Shown: one piece after another, positions 27,624-37,266 of the stretch | Position numbering within the stretch: the stretch's first letter is position 1 | How the letters are laid out: every line of letters starts with the position of its first letter | Assembly (NCBI GenBank): GCA_046759165.1 | Contig: JBHIBS010000007.1 | Location: forward strand, 1-54,200 | Direction: 5' to 3' | DNA length: 54,200 nucleotides | Source: a bacterium | GTDB taxonomy: Bacteria > UBA6262 > WVXT01 | Position numbers and translations under genes: made by a program | The notes under the pieces: model-generated | What the model was told of the DNA's origin: nothing | The model's input: only the letters and a program-made list of their open reading frames with translations | Database searches by the model: none

Positions 27624-28647
27624 TAATAGATGGATAGGAGATAAAGAGCCTGTTTTTATTATTGCCGAAGCAGGCGTCAACCATAATGGCAAACTTTGCT
27701 TAGCGAAAAAATTAGTGGACATAGCTAAGGAAGCCGGAGCAGATGCAGTAAAATTTCAAACATTTAAACCAGAAGATTTAGCTATCCCTAATACCCCTAA
27801 GGTAGGATATCAAAGAAAGTATTCTCGGGGTAATACACAATTTGAGATGTTAAAAAAATTAGAATTAAAATATGAAGATTTCCAAGCGCTAAAAGAATAT
27901 TGTGATAAAAAAGGAATAATTTTTCTATCTACACCTCATACAGAAAGTACAATTGATTTCTTGAAAGATTTAGTTCCTGCTTACAAAATAGCTTCCGGCG
28001 ATTTGACCAATCTACCCTTATTGCAAAAAGTGGCAAAGAAGAAAAAGCCGATTATTCTGTCTACGGGTATGTCCAATTTAGAAGAAGTCAAAGAAGCGGT
28101 CAAAGTAATCAAAGATAAGGGTAATAGAAAGATTATTTTACTTCATTGTGTATCTAATTATCCTGCTTCATTAAAAGAAGTAAATCTTTATGCTCTGGAG
28201 TTATTAAGGGAAAAATTTGATTCTATTGTTGGTTTTTCTGACCATACCCAAGGTTCAATTGCTTCAATAGTTGCCATTGCTTTGGGAGCTAAAGTAATTG
28301 AGAAACATTTTACATTAAGTAGAAAATTGTATGGTCCTGACCATAAAACATCGCTGGATAGGAAAGAATTCATAGACTTTGTTCGCTTATTAAGACAAAC
28401 AGAAAGCATATTGGGTGAAAGAAGGAAGTCAGTGCAGGAAGGTGAGTTGGAAAATCGAAAGATTGCAAGAAAGAGCGTAGTGGCAAGAATTAATATACCC
28501 AAGGGAACATTGATTAAAAGAGAAATACTAGATATAAAAAGACCGGGTACGGGAATAGCTTCTAAAGAATTATATAAAGTAATTGGCAAGAAAGCTAATA
28601 GAAATATCTTGAAAGATACATTAATAAAGTGGGAATATTTAGCATAA
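27604..28647 (+). CDS. neuB: N-acetylneuraminate/legionaminate synthase with SAF domain
   Basis: IIAEAGVNHNG; VKFQTF; LHCVSNYP; GFSDHT; EKHFTL; KRPGTGI. Confidence 0.95.
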   Translation: MKKIRINNRWIGDKEPVFIIAEAGVNHNGKLCLAKKLVDIAKEAGADAVKFQTFKPEDLAIPNTPKVGYQRKYSRGNTQFEMLKKLELKYEDFQALKEYCDKKGIIFLSTPHTESTIDFLKDLVPAYKIASGDLTNLPLLQKVAKKKKPIILSTGMSNLEEVKEAVKVIKDKGNRKIILLHCVSNYPASLKEVNLYALELLREKFDSIVGFSDHTQGSIASIVAIALGAKVIEKHFTLSRKLYGPDHKTSLDRKEFIDFVRLLRQTESILGERRKSVQEGELENRKIARKSVVARINIPKGTLIKREILDIKRPGTGIASKELYKVIGKKANRNILKDTLIKWEYLA

Positions 28648-28659
28648 AAGGATTATTTT

Positions 28660-29424
28660 ATGAATAAGCGAATAATTTGGCTTTCTGCTAATAGATTTGG
28701 ATATGAATTATTAAAAGAGGCAGTGAAGCAAAGTAGATCCAACATCAAAGCAATAGTTACACTTAGTAAGAAAACAAAAATTATAATGTACGATGGGTTG
28801 AGTAGGCAAAGATGGTACGATTTTAAAGATATCGATGTCTATGAAGTGGAATCAATTAATAATGATGGACAGATTCTAAAAAGATTATCTCCTGATTTTT
28901 TATTCGTATGTGGTTGGAGAGAAATTATTAGTAGAGATATTCTAAGAATTTCTAAATATGGGACAATAGGTTTTCATCCTAGTTTATTGCCTGAAGGAAG
29001 AGGACCTGCCCCTATAATTAATTCTATACTGCAAGGCATTAGATGGAGTGGAGTAACTATGTTCTATTTAGACAAAGGATTAGACAATGGGGATATAATT
29101 GGGCAGGAAAAATTTGTTATTGGAAAAGATGACTACGCTGAAGATATTTATAATAAAGTTATCTCTGCTGGAAAAGAATTGATTAACAGGTATCTTCCTT
29201 TGTTAATAAGCGGTAATGCTCCACGGAAACCCCAAGATGAGTTAAAAGCAACGTATTTTAAAAAATTGAGCTTGAAAAACAACGAGATAGATATTGAAAA
29301 TGAATCTACTAAACAAATTTATGATAAAATAAGGGCATTTTCTTCTCCTTATCGAGGAGCATATATTAAAAAAGGAGATAAAAAAATAGTAATTTGGAGA
29401 GCGGAAATAAAAGATATAAGATGA
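28660..29424 (+). CDS. Sugar N-formyltransferase (Fmt-like)
   Basis: GFHPSLLPEGRGPAP; LDNGDI; IRAFSSPYRGA. Confidence 0.88.
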   Translation: MNKRIIWLSANRFGYELLKEAVKQSRSNIKAIVTLSKKTKIIMYDGLSRQRWYDFKDIDVYEVESINNDGQILKRLSPDFLFVCGWREIISRDILRISKYGTIGFHPSLLPEGRGPAPIINSILQGIRWSGVTMFYLDKGLDNGDIIGQEKFVIGKDDYAEDIYNKVISAGKELINRYLPLLISGNAPRKPQDELKATYFKKLSLKNNEIDIENESTKQIYDKIRAFSSPYRGAYIKKGDKKIVIWRAEIKDIR

Positions 29425-30578
29425 GAAAAATTTGTGTCCTTACCGGAACACGAGCAGAATATGGGTTATTGAAACCAGTAATCAAAGCAATACAGGGACA
29501 TCCAAAGTTAGATTTGTCTCTAGTAGTTGCAGGTATGCATCTTTGTAAAGAGTTTGGCTACACTATCAAAGAAATAAGAAGGGATGGGTTTGATATACGG
29601 GCCATAGTGCATATGAATCCACAAGGTGATACTGGTTATTTTATGGCTCATGCTGTGGGAAGAGGAATTAAGACCTTGGCAGATAAGTTCAGAAAGGAAA
29701 GACCAGATATATTAGTGGTCTTAGGTGATAGAATAGAAGCCCTTTCTGCTACTATTGCTGCGGCGTATATGAACATTGCCGTATCTCATATTCATGGGGG
29801 AGACATTTCTAAAGCAGGGTTAGATGAATCCTGCAGACATGCCATAACCAGGTTTGCCCATATCCATTTCGCTGCTACTAAGTTGAGTGCTCTGCGATTA
29901 CTTAAAATGGGTGAGGAGGCTTGGAGAATCTTTGTAGTAGGCTCACCAGGTCTCGATTCCATAGTAAATGATGGATTAATAAATAGAGAAGAATTGGAGA
30001 GGAGATTGAAAATAAGACTGAAAAATCCAATTATATTGATGTTCCAGCATTCGGTTACTACCCAAGTAAATCAAGCTGCCCAGCAAATAAAAGAGACTAT
30101 TAAAGCTATAAAAGAACTACATTTTCAGACTATCATTATCTATCCCAATTCCGATGCTGGAGGTAGGAGAATAATTCAAGAGATAGAGAAATTAAGACGG
30201 TCTGATTTCATGCACATTTATAAAAACTTATCTCACAAAATCTATCTCAGCTTAATGAATAATGTTGATGTACTTGTGGGAAATTCCAGTAGTGGAATTG
30301 TGGAAGCCCCTTCGTTTCGCCTTCCTGTAGTAAATATTGGAATCAGACAATTTGATAGAGAGCGTGCTGGCAATGTGATTGATGTCGAACACAGTAAGGT
30401 AGAGATTATCAAAGGAATAAAAAGGGCCTTGTCTGAGTCATTCAAGGCAAAGATGAAAAATTGCCTAAACCCTTATGGTGACGGGAAAACAAGTAAGCGT
30501 ATTGTCAAGATTCTCTCTCAACTAGAGATTAATGATAATCTCTTACAAAAAAGGTTGAATGGGAAATATTTAAGTTGA
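29421..30578 (+). CDS. neuC: Hydrolysing UDP-GlcNAc 2-epimerase (NeuC/LegG type)
   Basis: TGTRAEYGLL; LGDRIE; HIHGGD; GNSSSGIVEA; NPYGDG; ATG at 29421. Confidence 0.95.
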   Translation: MRKICVLTGTRAEYGLLKPVIKAIQGHPKLDLSLVVAGMHLCKEFGYTIKEIRRDGFDIRAIVHMNPQGDTGYFMAHAVGRGIKTLADKFRKERPDILVVLGDRIEALSATIAAAYMNIAVSHIHGGDISKAGLDESCRHAITRFAHIHFAATKLSALRLLKMGEEAWRIFVVGSPGLDSIVNDGLINREELERRLKIRLKNPIILMFQHSVTTQVNQAAQQIKETIKAIKELHFQTIIIYPNSDAGGRRIIQEIEKLRRSDFMHIYKNLSHKIYLSLMNNVDVLVGNSSSGIVEAPSFRLPVVNIGIRQFDRERAGNVIDVEHSKVEIIKGIKRALSESFKAKMKNCLNPYGDGKTSKRIVKILSQLEINDNLLQKRLNGKYLS

Positions 30579-30585
30579 GGTCACG

Positions 30586-31254
30586 ATGAAAATTTTGGTA
30601 ATCGCCGCACATCCCGATGATGAAGTTTATGGAGTAGGAGGTACGATAGTGAAGCATATCAGGGAAGGGGATGAAGTTTTTGTATGCATATTGACCGATG
30701 GAGCATCGACCCAATATCCAGGAAATAAAACTATGATAAAACAGAAAAAAGAGGAAGCAAGAAAATCAACGGAAATTCTAGGAATAAAGAAAATTTATTT
30801 CTTCGATTTACCAGATATGCAATTGGACACAATTGCTCATGTTAAGGTAAACAAGGCGATAGAGGAAATGATATCAAGGATTATGCCCGATATAGTTTAC
30901 ACTCATTACTGGGGAGATGTTAATAAAGACCATCGCGTAGTTTTTGAGTCGACGATGGTGGCAGTTAGACCGAGTTTTAAACATACCATAAAAAGGATAC
31001 TCTTATACGAAACTCCTTCTTCTTCAGAGTGGAATGCACCAATTCTAACGGATAAGTTTATTCCCAATGTTTATGTAGATATTTCAGAAACAATCTCTAA
31101 AAAAATTGAAGCAATGAAAGCATATGAGTCAGAGTTAAGAGAATTTCCCCATCCTCGCTCAATAGAGGCAGTTACAACTTATGTGAAGAAAAACGGACTA
31201 GTTATAGCAAAGGAAGCTGCAGAGTGTTTTCTTTTAATTAGGGAGACTATTTAA
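30586..31254 (+). CDS. PIG-L family de-N-acetylase
   Basis: AAHPDDE; DVNKDH; YESELREFPHPRS. Confidence 0.92.
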   Translation: MKILVIAAHPDDEVYGVGGTIVKHIREGDEVFVCILTDGASTQYPGNKTMIKQKKEEARKSTEILGIKKIYFFDLPDMQLDTIAHVKVNKAIEEMISRIMPDIVYTHYWGDVNKDHRVVFESTMVAVRPSFKHTIKRILLYETPSSSEWNAPILTDKFIPNVYVDISETISKKIEAMKAYESELREFPHPRSIEAVTTYVKKNGLVIAKEAAECFLLIRETI

Positions 31255-31925
31255 TGAAAGAGAAAAGTATTTTAATTTTAGGAGCAGGAGAGCAGGCGAG
31301 GATAGTACTGGATATTTTGCGAGAAAATAATAAGGAAATCTTTGGATTTGTTGACATATGTGACAATTCATCTTTATGGGGAAAGAAGATAAAAGATTAT
31401 AAGATATTGGGAGGAATGTCAATTTTATCTGAGATTTTTAAACAAGGTGTGAAGAAAACAATTGTTGCATTTGGTGACAACAAGAAACGATTGCACACTG
31501 CAAACAGGGCTAGTGAGATAGGATTTGAACTAGTAAATGCAATTTCCCCCTCTGCCTTTGTGTCCCAGGAGTCCAAATTAGGAGAGGGAATAGTTATTGG
31601 TCCTAAAGTTATTATTAATACCGATGTAGGTATAGAAGACAATGCCATTATTAATTCAGGAGCGATAATTGAACATGATTGTATTATTGAACAAGGTGTG
31701 CATATTGCCCCCGGAGCTAATTTAGCTGGTGGAGTAAGAGTAAAGAGATGTGCTTTTATCGGAATTGGGGCAACAATAATTGATGACTTGATTATTGGGG
31801 AAAACTCTATAGTCGGAGCTGGCAGCGTAATCATTAAAAATATTCCGGATAATGTTACCGTGGTAGGGGTTCCGGGAGAGATCATAAAAGAGCATAATGT
31901 TCATAAATATATTCCTATTGTATAA
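31254..31925 (+). CDS. neuD: NeuD/PglD-family hexapeptide-repeat acetyltransferase
   Basis: Rossmann-like N-terminus; IEHDC; left-handed beta-helix repeats; VVGVPG. Confidence 0.88.
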   Translation: MKEKSILILGAGEQARIVLDILRENNKEIFGFVDICDNSSLWGKKIKDYKILGGMSILSEIFKQGVKKTIVAFGDNKKRLHTANRASEIGFELVNAISPSAFVSQESKLGEGIVIGPKVIINTDVGIEDNAIINSGAIIEHDCIIEQGVHIAPGANLAGGVRVKRCAFIGIGATIIDDLIIGENSIVGAGSVIIKNIPDNVTVVGVPGEIIKEHNVHKYIPIV

Positions 31926-31931
31926 ATAGCT

Positions 31932-33392
31932 GTGTACCAGTATATAAAACGATTATTTACTCATTCATTAATTTATGGCATTGGAGATGTCGTACCCAAA
32001 GCCATTTCTTTTCTGTTGATACCAGTATATACGAGATTTCTTACGACAAAAGACTATGGTGTTATTTCCTCAGTAATAGCAATATCTTCTGTCTTGGGTA
32101 TTGTTTGCCTGATGGGTTTAAATGGTGCAGTTACCAGATTTTATTTTGACTATGATGATTTTAACCAAAGAAAAAGCTATTTGGGCAACGTGACAATTTT
32201 CTTATTATTATCTACTTTTATAATAATTTCCCTTTTGGATGTATTCGGACCTCGGATGTTTAACAAAATTACTCCCGATATACCCTTTCATCCTTACCTT
32301 AGGTTAGCTCTATGGACGATTTTCTTTATGATAACTACAAGTATCTTGTTGGCAATTTATCGGGCACAAGAAAAATCTAAAAAATATACCATTTTTACTA
32401 TTATGAATAGTATTCTTACCGTGGGATTTATTGTATATCTTGTGGTATTTCTAAGACAGGGAGCATTGGGGTATATCAAAGGAATATTTTTTTCTTCAAT
32501 AGTCATTTTCATAATCTGCTCGATTTTTTTATTTCAGAAAATTAATCTCAGTTTTAACTTATCACAGATTATCGACTCATTAAAATTTGGCTTACCTTTG
32601 GTTCCCCATCTTTTGGCCTGGTGGGTATTAAATTTAATAGATAGATTAATGCTACAACATTTTCGCGGACTGGATGAAGTAGGTATTTATTCAATTGGAT
32701 ATACAATAGGCATGATTCTATGGTTTGTTACTGCGGCATTTAATAATGCTTGGATGCCTTTCTTTTTCTCCACAGCCAAACGAGAGAAAAACGCAAAAGA
32801 GATATTCTCTAAAATTACCACTTATTATCTTATGGGAATATTACTTTTGGGTCTACTAATTATGACCTTTTCTAAAGAGATTGTTACTTTGATGACTACA
32901 CCGGAATTTTATAAATCATATAAGGTCGTGCCAATTATAACTCTGGCTAATATAGCTACAGGAATTTACCTTATGAGTGCTAATCAGATATTCTTTGTAA
33001 AGAAAACGCATTATATGCCAGCAATAAGTATAACCGCAGCTTTGTCAAATATTTTACTGAATATATTATTAATACCTCCCTATGGGATGATTGGTGCTGC
33101 ATATGCAACCATGGTTTCTTTTGCTATTTGTGCGATGATTACTTATTTTACATCATCAAAGTTATACCATATTCAATATGAGTATGGCAGGATATTTAAA
33201 TTATTTTTAATTTTTGGATTGTTAATACTCATTCAACAATGGATACGTTTTAATAACACGAATCTGGGGTTTGTGACAAAATTTTTTATACTGTTAGCAT
33301 ACCCTTGTTTATTACTGCAAGCACATTTCTTTAACAGAGATGAAATAGAAAAAATTCTATCATACTTTAGGTTTTCGAAAACTAATAACTAA
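31932..33392 (+). CDS. wzx: Oligosaccharide flippase
   Basis: LIPVYTRFLT..DYG; DRLML..VGIYS; PPYGMIGAA; many TMs. Confidence 0.92.
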   Translation: MYQYIKRLFTHSLIYGIGDVVPKAISFLLIPVYTRFLTTKDYGVISSVIAISSVLGIVCLMGLNGAVTRFYFDYDDFNQRKSYLGNVTIFLLLSTFIIISLLDVFGPRMFNKITPDIPFHPYLRLALWTIFFMITTSILLAIYRAQEKSKKYTIFTIMNSILTVGFIVYLVVFLRQGALGYIKGIFFSSIVIFIICSIFLFQKINLSFNLSQIIDSLKFGLPLVPHLLAWWVLNLIDRLMLQHFRGLDEVGIYSIGYTIGMILWFVTAAFNNAWMPFFFSTAKREKNAKEIFSKITTYYLMGILLLGLLIMTFSKEIVTLMTTPEFYKSYKVVPIITLANIATGIYLMSANQIFFVKKTHYMPAISITAALSNILLNILLIPPYGMIGAAYATMVSFAICAMITYFTSSKLYHIQYEYGRIFKLFLIFGLLILIQQWIRFNNTNLGFVTKFFILLAYPCLLLQAHFFNRDEIEKILSYFRFSKTNN

Positions 33393-33394
33393 TT

Positions 33395-34867
33395 ATGGAT
33401 ATATTGCTGATACAACCGCCCCATAAGGATCGAACTCCCAGTGTTTTTCCCTTAGGGCTTGGATATATTGCTAGGTCGTTAATGGATATGGGATGTAAAG
33501 TAGAGATTTTTGATATTCATGCAGAAGGCATAAATGAAGAAGAGGTTTGTAAAAAAATAGCTAATTTTAATTTTGACCTTGTGGGAATTAATGCTTTTTC
33601 TACTCAGTATAAATACATAAAATGGCTAAGTGAACAGATTAGAAAACATACGAAAGTGGCAATAATTTTAGGTGGCCCTCTAGCTACGTATAATCCAGAA
33701 TTAGTACTTAGAAATACCAACGTGGATATATGCGTAATAAGCGAAGGTGATGTTACTATAAAAGAATTGGTTACAAATAAAGATTTATATAGCGTCAAAG
33801 GGATATGCTTTAAAAATGGTGGAGGAGTAATTAAGAATAAGCCCAGGGAAAATATTTCTAACCTTGATACTATTGGATTTGTTCCCTATGAGATTTTTCA
33901 TATGGATATTTATTTTAAACATATTTCTCTTTGGGGAAGAAGCGCCCAAAAAGTAATTAATGTCATAACATCAAGAGGATGTCCATACAATTGTAATTTC
34001 TGCTCGCGAACTTTTTCTGGAGTTAGATATAGAAGTATCAGTAATGTTATCGCCGAGATTAAGGCTCTCCAAGATAGGTACAATATAGATGGAGTATTAT
34101 TTAGTGATGAATTAGTAATCGCTTCTAAGAAGAGAGCATATGAATTATGCGAAGAGATGAGCAGAATAGGAGTGGAATGGGGATGCCAAGGCAGAGCCAA
34201 TTTCGTAGATTTACATTTACTGAAAAGTATGAAAAAAGCCGGCTGTGTCTATATAGGATATGGTATTGAATCTGGGAGTCAGAAACTACTCAATAATATG
34301 AATAAGAGAGTTGCTGTCGAGCAAAACAAGAAAGCAGTGATTAACACGTTAAAAGCAGGAATGGTTCCAGTAGCCCAGATGATTTTTGGTTATCCCGGGG
34401 AGAATATACAGACAATTCAGGAGACAATCGATTTCTATAAAGTAGTACATTACTCACCTCCCACTCCTGATTACAAACCAGCTGAATTGAATCTAATAAC
34501 TCCATTGCCTGGTTCCTCATTATATGCTTCTTGTATTCAGTCTCAAAAGATACCGGGTGAGGAAGACTATTTACTAAAAATAGAAAGAGGCTATGATCGA
34601 GGTGGTGTATTGTCAGTAAATTTTACTAAATTTCCAGACGATGTGTTACTCCAGTTGAAGGAGGATACGGAAAAGATACTTTATGAAAATTACCAAAAGT
34701 ATCTCAGGAAACATCCTCTATTATTTTTAATTAGTTTGGTTAAGAAAGTCATCAGTTATAAGCGAGAATATGGATATAAAAGATTGTTAGTGACTGTTAT
34801 GTTAAGATTTAATGAGATTTTGAGATTGCAATGGTTGAAGCTGTCAGAGAAAGTCTTTTATCATTGA
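33395..34867 (+). CDS. B12-binding radical SAM protein
   Basis: PLGLGYIA; ILGGP; TSRGCPYNCNFC; GIESGS. Confidence 0.93.
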   Translation: MDILLIQPPHKDRTPSVFPLGLGYIARSLMDMGCKVEIFDIHAEGINEEEVCKKIANFNFDLVGINAFSTQYKYIKWLSEQIRKHTKVAIILGGPLATYNPELVLRNTNVDICVISEGDVTIKELVTNKDLYSVKGICFKNGGGVIKNKPRENISNLDTIGFVPYEIFHMDIYFKHISLWGRSAQKVINVITSRGCPYNCNFCSRTFSGVRYRSISNVIAEIKALQDRYNIDGVLFSDELVIASKKRAYELCEEMSRIGVEWGCQGRANFVDLHLLKSMKKAGCVYIGYGIESGSQKLLNNMNKRVAVEQNKKAVINTLKAGMVPVAQMIFGYPGENIQTIQETIDFYKVVHYSPPTPDYKPAELNLITPLPGSSLYASCIQSQKIPGEEDYLLKIERGYDRGGVLSVNFTKFPDDVLLQLKEDTEKILYENYQKYLRKHPLLFLISLVKKVISYKREYGYKRLLVTVMLRFNEILRLQWLKLSEKVFYH

Positions 34868-34897
34868 GGTTAATTTAGTCACTTTATATTACGGGGA

Positions 34898-35722
34898 ATG
34901 AACAAAAAAAATATTGAATTTTGGGATAAAACCTGGAGAGAAAAGGATATTTGTATTTTATCTGATTATCTAAATGAAGCTAATCTATTTTCGAGAAATC
35001 AAATAGTTTGGAAGTTAAGCCTGGAATATTGGAATGGGGTATTCAAGTCAGCAAAAGGAAAAAATGTTCTTGAGTGTGGAAGCGGGTCGGGAATGGTATC
35101 TATGTATCTTGCAAAAAAGGATTATTGCACGCATTTACTGGACATCTCGGAACCAGGAGTTATGTTAGCAAAAAAGAATTATGAAATAAATTCCATTAAG
35201 GGTCATTTTATTAGAGGGAATGTTATTAATTTACCTTTTAGAGACAATGTATTTGACATTGTTATGAGCTTTGGTTTATTAGAATATTTGACAGATATTT
35301 GGACAGCGATTAAAGAGATGGTGAGGACTTTAAAACAGGGAGGGATTTTTGCTGCAGATATATCTACTAATCGTTTTTCAATTATGATCTTGCCGCGGTT
35401 ATTCAGGAATATAATTAAATTTAATTTTAAGGAGATTCTTCAAGGGAATTGGAGAGGTCCGTATACTGAAGTGAATTCATATTCTAAAAAAGAATATAAA
35501 AATGCAATGGAGGAAGCTGGTTTGAGCAATATTGTTATCACCGGGACAAGGCCGTTTCCTCCGGCTTATCCACCGTTACATATTCCTTTTATTATTGATC
35601 GGTATATTTATTCTAAATTTGTTAAGGCGTTAAGAAGTTTCCATCGGAAATTTGACCACTCTAATTCCAGAATAACTGATATCTGGGGCTGTGGCTGGTT
35701 TGCCCATGGAGTAAAAAGGTAG
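34898..35722 (+). CDS. Class I SAM-dependent methyltransferase
   Basis: VLECGSGSG; LPFRDNVFDIV; EMVRTLKQGG. Confidence 0.9.
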   Translation: MNKKNIEFWDKTWREKDICILSDYLNEANLFSRNQIVWKLSLEYWNGVFKSAKGKNVLECGSGSGMVSMYLAKKDYCTHLLDISEPGVMLAKKNYEINSIKGHFIRGNVINLPFRDNVFDIVMSFGLLEYLTDIWTAIKEMVRTLKQGGIFAADISTNRFSIMILPRLFRNIIKFNFKEILQGNWRGPYTEVNSYSKKEYKNAMEEAGLSNIVITGTRPFPPAYPPLHIPFIIDRYIYSKFVKALRSFHRKFDHSNSRITDIWGCGWFAHGVKR

Positions 35723-35778
35723 TTTAAAAAACAAATGGCTATGCTGGAGCAAAAATCACAGTTTTCGGAGTATAACTT

Positions 35779-37266
35779 ATGAGAGTGTTACTTATTTATC
35801 CTAATATAGGTGGAGAAGGAGAGATACCTATTAATTTGACTTTGCTACAAGCGGTTTTGAAAGAACACAATCACCAGGTGAAAATCTTTGACTTGACACG
35901 TTATCTTATTGAGCAGGTGAAGGAGTGGCATGGAAAAGACCAGAAGGTTCGGGTAGGCCAATTTAAGGAGACGCCAACTCCTCCTGTGCCCGCTCCTCCA
36001 GAGAAAAAATTTGAACAATTGGAGCAAGATCTTCTGTCAGAAATTAATTCATTTATGCCAGATTTAGTGGGAATAACTTCATTTACTCCTTCTTTTCTGG
36101 AAGGAATAAATTGTGCGAGGATCATAAAGAAGAAATATAAAGATCTACCGATAATATTTGGAGGGATTCATGCAACCATCATGCCCGAAGATGTAATTGA
36201 ACATAAGGAAATAGATTTCCTATGCATTGGAGAAGGAGAAGAACCTCTTGTTGAACTTTGCGAGAAGCTGGATACTGGCCGCCAAATAACGGGCATCGGA
36301 AACTTATGGATTAAAAGCAAAGCAGGCATTGAAAAAAATGGACTTCGGCCGCTAATTAATTTAGACGCACTTCCTCCACAGGATTTATCTGGATTTGAAG
36401 AATATGACTATTATCGTCCGTTAGATGGTAAGCTTTACCGGATGCTCAATACAGAAATCAGCAGGGGATGCCCTTTCCGATGTTCGTATTGCGTTAATCA
36501 TTATCTGCAAAATGTTTATAAGGGGTTAGGGCAATATAATCGTTTCAAAAGTGTTCGTAAAGCGGTAGTAGATTTGAAATTCATAAAAGAAAAATATGGT
36601 ATTGAGATGGTAAGGTTCTGGGATGAAGATTTTGTAGTTTTTAAACTAGAGTATCTAAAGGAACTGGCCGATGCCTATAAGCGGGAGATTAATTTACCTT
36701 TTTTGATTTATGCCGGGGCGAAAAGCTTGACAGAGGAAAAAGTCAAAATTCTCAAAGAAATGGGTTGTGTAACCATTGCCATGGGCATAGAAAGTGGCAA
36801 TCCCTGGATTAGGCGCTACATTTTGAACCGCAAAGTTACTAATGAAGAGATTATTGAGAAGTTCCATCTATGTCATAAATATCAAATTAGAGCTTCAGCA
36901 TATAATATGATTGGAATTCCTTTCGAGACTCGAGGCCATATATTTGAAACAATTGAATTGAATAGACAGTGCAAGACTTCTACCTCTTCAGTAACCTTTC
37001 TTGAGGTATATCCCAAGACTGAAATATATGAACTTGCCCGAAGGTTTGGGTTTATTGATGGTAAATATAGAGCAAGAGTAGAATATATGACTTCCCACCT
37101 TAAATCTCCCTATCTTACCAAAAATGAATTACAGGGGTTACTCAAAACTTTTAGTATGTATATAAAAGTACCTAGCAACCTTTTCCCGGTTCTTCGTCTC
37201 TGCGAACAAGATACGGATGAAGCAAATCAGCTTTTACAGAAACTGGTAAAGTTATATGTTAAATGA
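35779..37266 (+). CDS. B12-binding radical SAM protein
   Basis: FGGIHAT; GEGEE; SRGCPFRCSYC; GIESGN. Confidence 0.93.
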   Translation: MRVLLIYPNIGGEGEIPINLTLLQAVLKEHNHQVKIFDLTRYLIEQVKEWHGKDQKVRVGQFKETPTPPVPAPPEKKFEQLEQDLLSEINSFMPDLVGITSFTPSFLEGINCARIIKKKYKDLPIIFGGIHATIMPEDVIEHKEIDFLCIGEGEEPLVELCEKLDTGRQITGIGNLWIKSKAGIEKNGLRPLINLDALPPQDLSGFEEYDYYRPLDGKLYRMLNTEISRGCPFRCSYCVNHYLQNVYKGLGQYNRFKSVRKAVVDLKFIKEKYGIEMVRFWDEDFVVFKLEYLKELADAYKREINLPFLIYAGAKSLTEEKVKILKEMGCVTIAMGIESGNPWIRRYILNRKVTNEEIIEKFHLCHKYQIRASAYNMIGIPFETRGHIFETIELNRQCKTSTSSVTFLEVYPKTEIYELARRFGFIDGKYRARVEYMTSHLKSPYLTKNELQGLLKTFSMYIKVPSNLFPVLRLCEQDTDEANQLLQKLVKLYVK

